Both the position numbers and the translations under genes were made by a program. The notes under the pieces are model-generated. The model worked only from the letters and a program-made list of their open reading frames with translations. It made no database searches and was not told the DNA's origin. From assembly GCA_002811645.1 (NCBI GenBank), contig PDIP01000038.1, positions 1 through 64,000 of the forward strand: 64,000 nucleotides of DNA. The letters are read 5' to 3'. The DNA is from Corallochytrium limacisporum Hawaii. Lineage: Eukaryota > Protista > Pluriformea. Shown here piece after piece: positions 53,096 through 64,000 of this stretch (its first letter is position 1; each line of letters starts with the position of its first letter).

Positions 53096-56000
53096 GCTTT
53101 GTGAAAAGCAGCCGTACGCGGAAACTGTGTATATGACTTCCTTTAAGCCATAACGCTCCTCACTTGATCTTCTTCACGCATACTGATCGATTTGAAATAC
53201 TAGACTCTGCAGTACCCAAAACTCAAATGTCTTTACCCGAATGACTGCCATCTCAAAAGCACAACACTCCACCACCTAGGGTGCCACCTTCTAGGGTATC
53301 TTGCCTTACAATCTGGTTCGCCTTCTTGGGATCTTGCGCACCTCACTATCTGACCGGTCACAACGAATTCAGCAGAAAGGGAGGCTGTTGTTCACTCGTT
53401 GGTCCGATCCAGCACCTGAGACCTGCGTGAGCGCATGCTATCTCCCCGCACAAAAGGCACGGCACAGAAAATTCAGGGCTCGTCGCCTTTGCGGCGCAAC
53501 TGCCTTTACATCCAATCTTTTTTCTTACACCCCAACTTGTGCAGAGATGGACAAGAGAAATTGGTATATTTACTATGGAGCCGCATTTGGGATCCCGACA
53601 CAGGCGGCACCCACGGTGTCTGTGCGTACGTGACAGATGAGACGCGTTGGGAAAATTCTGGCGAAAGAAAAAAAAAGTACGGTGTCCGTGAACAAAGCAG
53701 AGTGGTGGCCCACCAAAAAGTTCACGTCACGGGTGTAACTAGCCAGCAACTATGGACACCGGAACCCCAAACCACCACCACCAAATCGCACATTTTCCCT
53801 AACGGAAAAAAAAATATCAAACAGCCGAAATCACATATACCGCTCTCTGTCCCTTCCCCCCCCCTCTGGCCCTCCTTTCCCTTTGGCTCCCTTCCCTACC
53901 ACCCCAAAAAAAAAGACAGACAGACAGACACAGAAGAGAGAGAGGAGGAGAGAGAGCGAAAATCTGCCCGTTGCAGAAACGGTGACATTTTTCGTGGAGG
54001 CGAACTCTCTGTCTCTATTTTTGTCACCAGTCCCCGCAGAGGCCAAATCACCTTCCGATGGAGGAGGAGGAAGAGGGGGGGAGGACACCGGGCCGTGACG
54101 GAACACCCCGCGACTAACAGTTTGGGGGGGGGGGGTTCGGTCTTTTGTCCTTTCCATAGTGAAGATAGGGCCCATGTTCAGCAGACAGCGGGGAGAACTC
54201 TTGGCACTCTCACTCTCTAAGCGGGAAGGAAACCCCAAAGAAATTATGTGAGAAATGACACTGACACTCACAAAAGAAAAAAACCCAAAAGGAGAGAAAA
54301 TTGCCACCAACCGTTCACGCACGGACCGGGGCGTACAGACTTGCAAATCGGGGCCGCGTGGTTATGCCGAAACACATGCCATGAAGAGCCCCTCCTATCC
54401 TTTTCTCCGGGGCCCCCTTCCCCATAACACTCCGCTCTGTTGACGGAGCCTGGTCGACGGTTTCAAGTTATTCTCTATGGGAACTTACACCTAAATCCCC
54501 CCCTTTTTTCCTCTCCCGTCTTCGCTTGGAAGCTTTTTTGGAACGCAGACTTCCTGTCACAAGCAATTCGGTTGTACACAGAGCATCACTCTCTCACACA
54601 ACACACACAACACACACACACACACACACACAAATTCTTTTTCTTTGGACTGGCCGTTCGCAAGCCCGGTGGGGAGGAGGGTCTCCCCCCGCTGAAACCA
54701 TGCAATTTCTATGGTATGGAGAGCTGCACAAATTAATCACTGCTTAGTTTTCCATACATTTTATATGACGAGAAGGAGTTGAGCCAATTTAACGACTTTC
54801 ACCCGCGGCTGCCTCGGTGGCGGCGTAGGGGGCCATACTCCTCCGCCTTTGGCACCTTACGCCAGAACCGGTACAAATTGGTTATGAACATATTGGGTTT
54901 TCGTAGGCAAACGTTTGATTATGCGCCATCTCTGCTTGGGCGGCAGTCACCGGTCCTGCTCTTTACCACAATAGGTAAACGGTACACTGGGAAAGGGACT
55001 GCATATGGCGCCAAGGCACACCCACAGCCGGCGGTACATTGCTATAAAATTACCGAGAGAGCCGGGCGCCCCCCCCCCCTCTGGGGGGTGTACGTGTGTG
55101 TGTGTTTTGGGGGGGGGGGAGAGGGGCTTTGGAGGTTGTGAAGGTTGTGACTTTTTGCTACGTTGTGCTGTTTTCGCATTCACCAACAATGTCGGAAGAG
55201 AAGGGACGGACGACGCACACACAGTTTTTTGCGAACAAATCGGACACGGTAACTTCAATTTTGACGCCGTTTTGAGATATGTACGGTTCGGTTCACACCG
55301 ATCTGCCGCCCGCGAGTTCTTGTTTTCTAAATTCATTCTCAACGAGCGCTCAGATTAGTTTTATCTCTCTTCGACTAACACCGTCACGAGACTCTGGAAG
55401 GTCATCAGTCGATCTATGTGAATGCCCTGGTGCTAGATAGTGAATGACACATCCGGTGAGCGTCTGCCTCGTCTCTGTCCCCTCTCCCCTCCCCCCCCTG
55501 TACCCCAAATCCCGACCCCGCCGACAAGACTGATAGCCAGCAGTAGGTGGAGGTGGCATGAAGGGTACACTGGGTTCCAGTCCAACGGGACCGGGCCTGA
55601 CACTTGGGGTGAGAATGATAGACCGTCTGTCATTGGACGAAGTGCCACCTTCGAAGCAAACGATTTTGCCGGAACATGGACTGACCGTGGACACACACTG
55701 AACTCCACCCCACATGTGTGTATTCACCGTACTTCAAAATCGGGCACTGGACATTAATTATACAAATCTTGTCGAGAGGCATGCTAAATTGGTATACGAA
55801 TTGAAGCATGTGATAGAGACAGGACCTATCCCACTGTGCTGTTGTCCCCAAGTGATAGGCTTCCGTGTTGGAGGGCCCAGCACGGGCACATTATATAGTA
55901 AACGTGGAGGGCACACGAATGCAAATTGGTCCTGTTATGTATTGACATCTTCGAATGATGGAGGACATTGTTTCTGCTTCTGCATTGTTGTCGGTGTCGG

Positions 56001-56938
56001 TTTGTGTGCGCATGATGTTTAGTTTTCCATTGACGATAAACGTAAGCGATCAGGAGATACAAAACGGGTAGAGAGAGATGGGGATCATCGAGGTTGCTCT
56101 GCCCTCGCAAGCGGTACAGTGACAAACCAAGCATCTATACCGACCAGATTCACAACACGGGTTGTGATGTAACACATGTTGGCCAACGTCCGTGGGTAGT
56201 AGAAACGAAGGGTGGTCAGGAACGAGCAGTCTCTTGCAAAGCAGGCCCAATTTGTCTGCCGAACAGAGATACGAGATCAGAAATCGAAATGTGAAGGGGC
56301 GGGTGGGGGAAGTTTGGCGGAGATAGCTCTCCTGGGTCTTTGCGGACACTGACCCTTTGACCTCCATTGGGCACCACAGCTTGGTCTGTTTCGTTTTTGA
56401 GCACCTTTGATTTCCGGACATTGCACTTGTGATTGACTATAACGACACGGATGCTAGCACAATAGACTTGAAAGCGATCATTCCCGTCGTAATCCCACAC
56501 CGATACATCTTCCTGTTTTCTATCCAAACAGGATGGGATGTACATGTCCTGACCATGCACTGCCATATACAGATAAGGACACTACAGGAGATGCCATGGT
56601 ATTCGCCATGCACAATGGCAGGACAGGTACACCTGAAATTGGAGATAGGTACAGCTCATGGTGTACGTACTGTGCTCCACATTTGCGAGCACCATAACCT
56701 GCCGGCAATGGGTACGGAATATCCCATATATGGGATACAAATGGGCGTACATATATGAGGACTCTTTAATTCACGACAATTATATATAAGGGGTTCAGTT
56801 ATAGCGAATACCCGGGTGCTCTCGGTTCGACTTGCCCCCTGGGGTACTTGAAAGTCGAGCTTGAGGGATTTAGTATATACGCCTTCTGGTTTCTAGTAGC
56901 ATTCAAAAGATCTGCGGGTGTGGCTCGCAATTTGAGCC

Positions 56939-58245
56939 ATGTCTGAAGGCAGAGGCAGAAATGATCGTGCGGAGCAGAGACCTTGGTCCGGTGAGGAACG
57001 TAGCAGTGATCGTGCCCGTCCGAACTCAAGTCGAGGACTCAAACAGTCCCAAGGGGATCGACCGCACTCGGGCCGTGGACGAGGTGCAGACAACAGCACT
57101 GGTAACCAAAAATGGCGACGAGGTGGAGGGTCATGGAGGCACAGCAATAATGCCAAAAACACCCCTGTAGAGGTGACTGCGAGTGATAGCCAGCGGGGGG
57201 ATCGAGAAGAGAGATTTGACAAGAAGCAGACTTCAGATGCGGGCCTAATCAGTCGCGGAAATTCCACGCTACAGAACCCTGAAGAATTTGCACGCTATGT
57301 TGAAGAGACAGAGAAGATTATTGAGACATGCTTTGCGGATAACACAGAGAGATCACTCTCCAGGGGCTTGCTGCCTCTGCGCCAGGTCCGAGAAGCGGCA
57401 CGCATCCAGAGTACTCTACACCCTCAGACAATAGAACTGATGAAGCAGGGCGGAGAATTGCAACTGAAGGTACGTCATCATGATGAATTCAACAAGACGA
57501 TTCAATTCTTGATGCAAGTTACAAATCCATCGTCGATCGAGTTGGTGAGTCGCGAGGAAAAGGCGGAACTGCTGGCCAGCTCCCTTCTAGTACAGTGCGT
57601 AGGTACCGCGCACAGGGCGGAAGCCATTGCGGTGCCCTTGATGACGACGTCTCGCAAGATCCTTGAGGATGGCCTGAGTGATGAACAGTCTTGGAAGGTC
57701 GCCAAGCGCGTTGTATTGACGCTGCTCCAGGGGGACTACTATAACTTGGCTAGACAGCGGGATGCATGCAAAACATCCCTCAGATATGTCCCTTATCTGG
57801 TCCAGGAGATCATAGTCCAGACACGGTAAGTTTGTCAGGTGTTTAGCACAGCATGACCATCAGTTGGAACACATAGACGCGGTATTCATTATGTAAAGAT
57901 ATGGATGCTATGGATGTTCTATATATAATGTTGGATATGCTATGTGATATGAATGAATGAATGTTTTTTGTGACTTTCTGAAAAAGTATGGCAATTACTA
58001 ACGCTTAGTAATCACTCACTTTCTTGCCTTTTAGCGAGCATCTCATGCTGGTATTCAAAAAAGCTTTCCACCAATTGCCACGGACACATATGACGTTTTG
58101 TCTGGGATACAACAAGGATGCACCTGATGTCCCACTCGACACCTCCAGGTTTTCTGACCTGCTAAAAGCCAATGGGCTCGCGGATGTCGAGGACCCAGCA
58201 GATGAGACCAGTACAGTGGCCCTAAGGCCACCAAGATCTTCATGA
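56939..58245 (+). CDS. PCI-like (SAC3/THP3/CSN8-PSMD8-eIF3K superfamily) protein with an RG-rich N-terminus; two exons, 56939-57825 and 58035-58245
   Basis: The ORF runs into GTAAGT at 57826. Splicing to TTTTAG at 58034 restores the frame (CG|C = Arg) and gives QTREHLMLVFKKAFHQLP, a PCI-like R...L..KAY..L helix following LLQGDYYNL. Confidence 0.65.
57826..58034 (+). other. Spliceosomal intron (209 nt)
   Basis: GTAAGT donor, TACTAAC at 57996-58002, pyrimidine tract and TAG acceptor; the junction preserves the frame. Confidence 0.85.
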
Positions 58246-58263
58246 CATATTAAAGAATATTTC

Positions 58264-59295
58264 TCAGTCATCAACGGGATCATAAAAGTCCTGTTTCAAC
58301 TGCTTGGCCCTCTGGATGATTTGGTCCACGTCAAAGCGAGGGGGTTTGCGGAGGAAGCTCCTCAGTTCAGAGTGCTCATACTCCTCCAAGTCTTGACTGA
58401 AGCTCTCAAGCACAGCAATGCATGCGTAGATGTGCAACTGAAATCCATCTTCGAGACTAAAATATGCATCCCATAGGCGCAACAGATGCTTCAACTTAAG
58501 CTCTGTGCAGAATATATGCCTCAGCCAGTTGCTAGCCCACAGTTGGACCTCAACTTCCTGCTCCTCAAAGTGTTCGTACAGATCGGGCAAGGTTGACCTG
58601 AACACATGGAGGAATTCGCTCATGCTACGGTGCAAGGCTTCACCGTTAAAGCGCTCATTGACACGATCCATGATGCGCTCAAAGATGTAGTACACCTCAC
58701 TCTCGTGGTCGCAAACATGAACAATAGGCACACACATATGAACAAGGCTGGGTGAGAAATCGACTTCTGTGTGGTAGTTAAGATATGTGCCTAGCACATT
58801 CTCCATCAGCTGTCGGCGGTCCTGCAGGTGCTGGTCTCTTCCGACCACGCGTTTCAGTTCTCCGCGGACGCGGTTAAGGACCTCAGGATCGGACCTAAAG
58901 GAGTTAGAGTACCCAACACTCTGTGCCCGAAAGTCAGTAACTTCACGGGACTTATTCGCCGACGAAACTCCCAAAAGATGACGCCACACTTCGCAGCGAA
59001 TTTCATTGGGAATGCCATACATGCTGAGTTCCTTTAACCGGGGCAGGTCCACTACAACTTCTGTGCTCAGAATTTCCCTGAAGTCTTCCGTGGAGTACGA
59101 AGAGTCACTGGAGTAACTCGAGTTCTTACCCACATGGCTTTCGGGACCAGAGTTTGCATTCGTAGGAATGATATTTCCACTATTACTCTTGCTACTTGTA
59201 CTACTGACGTCGAATCCCGACGAGCTAAGTTCGTTCACGCCACTACCGTTTCCCCAGGGCCCGAGACCTTTACTTGGGGGTGAGCTGGTCATCAT
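58264..59295 (-). CDS. TBC/Rab-GAP domain protein with atypical catalytic motifs
   Basis: VDL..LKELS.YGIP.EIR.EVW..LLGV, P.LYEHF...V....WA..WL, L....LLRLWDAYFS. Confidence 0.88.
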   Translation of the reverse strand: MMTSSPPSKGLGPWGNGSGVNELSSSGFDVSSTSSKSNSGNIIPTNANSGPESHVGKNSSYSSDSSYSTEDFREILSTEVVVDLPRLKELSMYGIPNEIRCEVWRHLLGVSSANKSREVTDFRAQSVGYSNSFRSDPEVLNRVRGELKRVVGRDQHLQDRRQLMENVLGTYLNYHTEVDFSPSLVHMCVPIVHVCDHESEVYYIFERIMDRVNERFNGEALHRSMSEFLHVFRSTLPDLYEHFEEQEVEVQLWASNWLRHIFCTELKLKHLLRLWDAYFSLEDGFQLHIYACIAVLESFSQDLEEYEHSELRSFLRKPPRFDVDQIIQRAKQLKQDFYDPVDD

Positions 59296-62200
59296 CCCGA
59301 TGTGGATCAGGCGTATGAAAACTCTTTAAATTTAAGTATGAGGAAGTCTCACTATAAGGTTTTGGTCACAAAGGACACAGTGTCATCTATGTTTCCCAAA
59401 CATGTTTCCCGTCGTGTATGATATTCTCTTTCTTGCTTTCTAAACGATTGTTGGAAACCACGAAGGCTGATGTATAGCACATACAATTATCCCTGTATCG
59501 ACATTTGCTACTGTTCATGACGATTGTCAAATACCACGGATGGTAGATGCCGGTGTGTTTGCGTCTTCACATGCAATCCAAATGCTCAACAGCGAGTGAT
59601 AGTCCTGCCGGGAACTACAAAGGATCCTGAGCGCTTATCCGCCGGCGAAGCGACTGGCACGCTGCACCAGGCACCTAAGAGAGAGAGCGAGTAATTGCAG
59701 CTGTGTGTGAATAAAGAACACTCACAAGGCCGCCAAACCAACCGAAACGAAATAAAGATGAGGGCCAATGTGATTGTGTGTGTTTGCAACCTGGTGGCTC
59801 GGTTGCCCCCACATGCTTGTGATTAGTTGGTGTCAGGAAGGAGATGATTATATTTGGTGAATATAGACAAGGGTAGGGGGAGCCCACCAATTTTTCTCTC
59901 CCCGATTTTCCGCCCATCACAAGGGGAGGAAGAAATGCAGGATAGTTGATAGCGGAGGAAGAACGGGAGGGGCAAGGGACGAAAGGGAAAAAAAAATACA
60001 AGAAGGTAAGGGGGTACGGGGTGGAGGAAGACGGGGACCAACACACTTCCACTCCTTTTGTTCCTTATGTTGGTACTAAGACGTGGGGAGAGGGGGGCAA
60101 GGGGGTGTGGGTGATTCTTTCTCAGAACAAAGTATTGCCTGATTCCGGCCCTCGCTTTCCATTTGGTCCCCGCTGATGATTTACGCCGGGGGGGAAAACG
60201 GAAGGGAGGGGCTGAAATAGAAAAGATTTTCTAAAGATAGGACCATACATTTAGTATAGGAATGGACGAACGGAGAATTGGGCAGCGGGAAGGAGGAACC
60301 GACGAGAGAAAAGATTTTTCTCAGTATTTTCTGACCCTTTCCCCCTCCTCCCTTGGCCATGAAAGGAGCAGCACCTGTGTGACAAAAATGAACCGACGCG
60401 TTGCATGTCCGGTACATTGTGTTCCGATTTGTGCAGCAAACTTTCTTTTTCTGGGTTGCCCGGACCTGAACATGCGGCCGATCCGCACAGGTCCTGCGGA
60501 GAAGTGAAATTTGGAAATGGACTGCATGTGGAAAATGGCGGGCTCTGCCATTGCTAGTTGGTAAAATCCAATAGAATACTTGGGAAACGAAATTTTTTAC
60601 AACATCGTGCACGCATAAATTCTGACAGAGAGCGTAACACGGAAGAAAGTGACCTGTTGCGGTGTGTGCTTCTGTGTGTGCGGTTCCCTGCCGTCCTGTC
60701 CGTGAGTGTGTACGGGCTGCAAGAAAGGAACTTTTATGGGCGGGTGGCGGCCATCTGCCTGCGCTCAAAGACGGACGGCGACCCGTGGCCTGAGATTGTT
60801 TGCGAGCGTGCGAGAGCCCCGTCTCTGATGGCAAGACGCTTTTTTGAGACAACATCCTATACTCAGTATTTGCCCTGGATGGACAAAAAAATCCATCAGT
60901 ATTTAAAAGGTAGCAGCAAAACATGGCGCGTACGTTCGACAGACAATCCCCTGACCTCCGTTGCCGTTGTGTGTGTGTGTGGTTGTGCGTGCGAGTGATC
61001 GTAAATCATTGATTATTCTCCCAGGTATATTACCTATCAATAAAGAAGAGAAAAAAAAAGAGTGGGCAAGAAAAACTTGGTGCAGAGGGTCCGTCCACTG
61101 CTCCTTGCCGTGTCCGACGGCTTCGGTTGAGTAACTGAGTGATACCCCGTGTCTCTCGGTAATTACCTCACTGATACTTAATTTGCCCACAGCAACTGGT
61201 CCTTGACTATGTGCTGAGAAAGTGTTCACCACTTTGGTTTCTCGAATTCTGTACTCATCCGCGGATGGGCAGAGAGAAAAAAATCCGAAGCGGAGGCACT
61301 CCGGTTATGGAACAAGCCTTCGGTCGATGCCTGAACACTGTTCTGTGATTGGTGGGGGCGGGTTCGAGAGGCCGGTGGCGGAGCGTGTATGACTAGCAAA
61401 TCAGTACTTTCAGTATGGCGCCCACCGCAGAGCACGCCGCCCAAGCGGGTGGCGTATCCGTGGCTCTTAACGGTAAGAGAAGGAAAGGAACGAAGATTCC
61501 AAGAGTGCGCACCAGATGGGAAATCCCCCAATACATTCATCATGTAGTTTAGGCCAACTTTGGTCACCAAACACCGCGGAAGGCGGGGTACTGTTGTAGA
61601 CATAGCTTGTAATTTGCAGAAACAGGGCAAGCCCTACCCAGGCAATTGACCTATTAAAGGCCAAATGGGCTGCCAGGTCGGGGGTGTTCAGTTTGAAATG
61701 AACAGCAATTGAGCCAAAAAGTACTGCAGTACTGACGGTGGGGAAGGGACAGGACCTCCTGTGGGTTTGAGAAGGGGTGCATTTTGCCAGTTTGTATTGC
61801 TGGTGGATGGCCGCATTCTGGAATAACGCATCCGTCATTAAAACTGTCTTCCCCACCGAGGGACTCCTTCGCCGTTGTCGTACGTAATGTATTGATTTGT
61901 GTGAAATGTGTTTCGGCCATGCTCCGCAATGCAATCCCTTTGTGGCAACCGAGCGGTCCCTCGCGAGACTCTGAATCGCTTTCTGTTTAATCTCAGACAA
62001 CTTTGGAGCGGCGCGAAATCGATATTAAATGTGTTGCATTTTTTAATTGAGGGGGACAACCAGAACACGTTGTGAGACAAGGAAAGCGGAGAGACCGACA
62101 AGAGGTACTCCGCTCTGCCCGTCCCGCTCTCCGACGACTCTCGCTTTCTTTCCGTATCATTGCAAAGAGCAAACCCAAGCCTCATCAAATCTCAATAGAT

Positions 62201-64000
62201 TAAGTATGTGATATCAACAACAAAGCACCGGAGTAAAATTGAATCTGGTCGATGATACCACCACCAGCACCACAGCATTGCCACCCGGGCGAATCCCCTG
62301 CGTTCCTTGACATCCTCGTCCGGGCGCGGGCGCGATAAACGGTTGCTGACTGCTCCGATCCTGTACACAGGCAGAGGCCCTTGTCCATAATGAATGTATA
62401 GGCATTTATTCATTGTTGTGGCTCTGTCCCAATTTTGTTTACAATCCATGTGCTGCGTACCGGGATGAGCCTGATTGTCACCTGGTGCATCGAAGTTTTC
62501 GTACTACCGAAGAACAGCAGCAAATCGTCATACAATCACTATAGATCGAAAATTTCCTGGAACGGAGCGGGCTGAGTCAGCCCCCAAGGGTGACCGGTGT
62601 GTACAATGACAACCCAAAAGGCTTAAAACACTGAGGCCGAAACGGAAAACATTGTGACTTGAGCCATCCATGCATCAAGTGGTTCCTGTTTTTTTGTTGA
62701 GAGCATTCACTCTAATCGAGCGATCAGCTCTACTGAACAATAGCAAGAACGTCGCGGCTTTTTGCAGGCGTGTGATGAAATGTGCTTCACGGACAACTGA
62801 TTGACGGAAAACTGATACAATCAAAATGACAGGCGAAGTGGCATTTGTGTCGCTGGACCCCCTGCCCCAAAGTTTTGACACATCTCCACTTGTGATGTTC
62901 CAAAGTACGTATATTAAAGATACCCAATAGTATTGACATTCGGTCGGTAATACTGGAAGAATTCAGAAGTGATTGCTCTCGCAATCAGAACCCATCGGTT
63001 CTCGTCGGCTCATATCCCCATATGGCAGAAGGGGACCTGTCATCACCAGGCACGTGAAGGGCACTTGCGGATCGTGTCTAATTTCCATAGTGTATGTATT
63101 GAGTCTGTGGTGTTCCTTCGACGCTGTCCGTCTTCACATGTCCGTCAAGAGCCGACCGCTGTCGCGCGTCTTGGTGTTCTGCGCCCCCACTCGCCCTGAC
63201 TCGAATTGATTTGTTTTGTGGTAGATAGCCATTGAGCAATATTTGTTTCAACTTTCATAAATAGATTAGAGATAAGAACCGCACGTCAGATATGATCGTC
63301 CGTAGGAAGGTACGTATACTGCTGTTTTGATGTGTGGGTTCGCAGCTGGGGTGCGCGGTGGAGAAATTGTTTTCGTTTGGGACTGTCGCCCTCCCCCTCC
63401 GCAATGGCATCGAGACCTCCACACCGGCATCAAGGCTTTCCAATTAATACATAGACTATGCTAGATTTGTTTGTTGCCCTTCGGTCCGACTTCAATGCGG
63501 CATCTCTGCAACATGTACGAAAAATAGAGAGAAAATTCTAGTCGCCCCCGTCTCGTTTTCCAACACGGGTTGACCATCCACCTTGGAGTTCATTCAGTTC
63601 GTATGGCAACGCACCCGTCTCTTGTTCCTTACCGATCGAGAGTTAAATCTTTGTATCGCAGCACGTTGTTCTCCATTTCTTTTTCAGGCAGCAGGTGTTC
63701 CCTCTTTTTCTTCCAGCTGTCGATGGTTTGAGGAACTCAATAATAGCACAGTCATATGGAGTACGACACCGCTCACGCGTTGTTATCACCCACGCCGAGA
63801 AGATACAGGAGAGGGTTGTCCGGGGAGATCGCGAAAATTTCCAGCAGCAGATTCACTTTTTTCCCGCGTGTGTGCGAATGTCTGGTTTGGCTTCTTACGT
63901 ATGGTAAATATACTGACAAAAACTTGAGGTTTTGTTAGAGCACACAACCTTGGCACGCAGTTGTAGCAAACTTGCTGCGTTTGTCCGCGACTAGATTTGC

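Noticed and set aside
56216-56566. ORF containing the C2-like VSVWDYD
   Set aside because: A single short motif; the rest of a C2 fold is absent.
57308-57320. U6-like ACAGAGAAGATTA
   Set aside because: Inside a CDS (encodes TEKI), and the flanks do not match U6.
1-64000. tRNA genes, CRISPR arrays and transposons
   Set aside because: The GGTTCGA sites (26696, 48334, 56824, 61361) lack cloverleaf context; there are no regularly spaced repeats and no RT, transposase or integrase motifs in any frame.

Overview
Eukaryotic nuclear DNA, gene-dense, with almost intron-free coding regions. I can support 19 protein-coding genes: THOC3, a bestrophin-like channel, UBR1, VPS54, VPS52, an SFC1-type mitochondrial carrier, a saccharopine-dehydrogenase-like oxidoreductase, KAT8/MOF, OXLD1-like, POP1, an IRAK/Pelle-like kinase, an ATF6-like bZIP, WDR92, GCN5/PCAF, SHMT, a prephenate-dehydratase-like protein, TDO, a two-exon PCI-domain protein and a TBC-domain protein. 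The mix of animal-type genes (ATF6, long-form TDO, IRAK-like kinase, WDR92) with genes animals lack (SFC1, prephenate dehydratase) suggests a unicellular holozoan. A Corallochytrium-like organism is my guess, and this is inference only. Intergenic DNA has GC-rich islands with long poly-G/poly-C tracts and one assembly gap. I found no tRNA, rRNA, CRISPR array or recognisable mobile element. The best leads are: (1) two GARP subunits head-to-head around one 619-bp promoter; (2) an IRAK/Pelle kinase with about 200 Q/P-rich residues inside its activation segment; (3) a second copy of the OXLD1 C-terminal motif lying in frame behind the stop codon; (4) splice signals concentrated just upstream of start codons rather than inside CDSs; (5) a prephenate dehydratase with substituted catalytic motifs next to SHMT and TDO; (6) a cryptic small spliced or frameshifted ORF at 26.3-26.7 kb. 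All homology calls come from motif recognition, not database searches.
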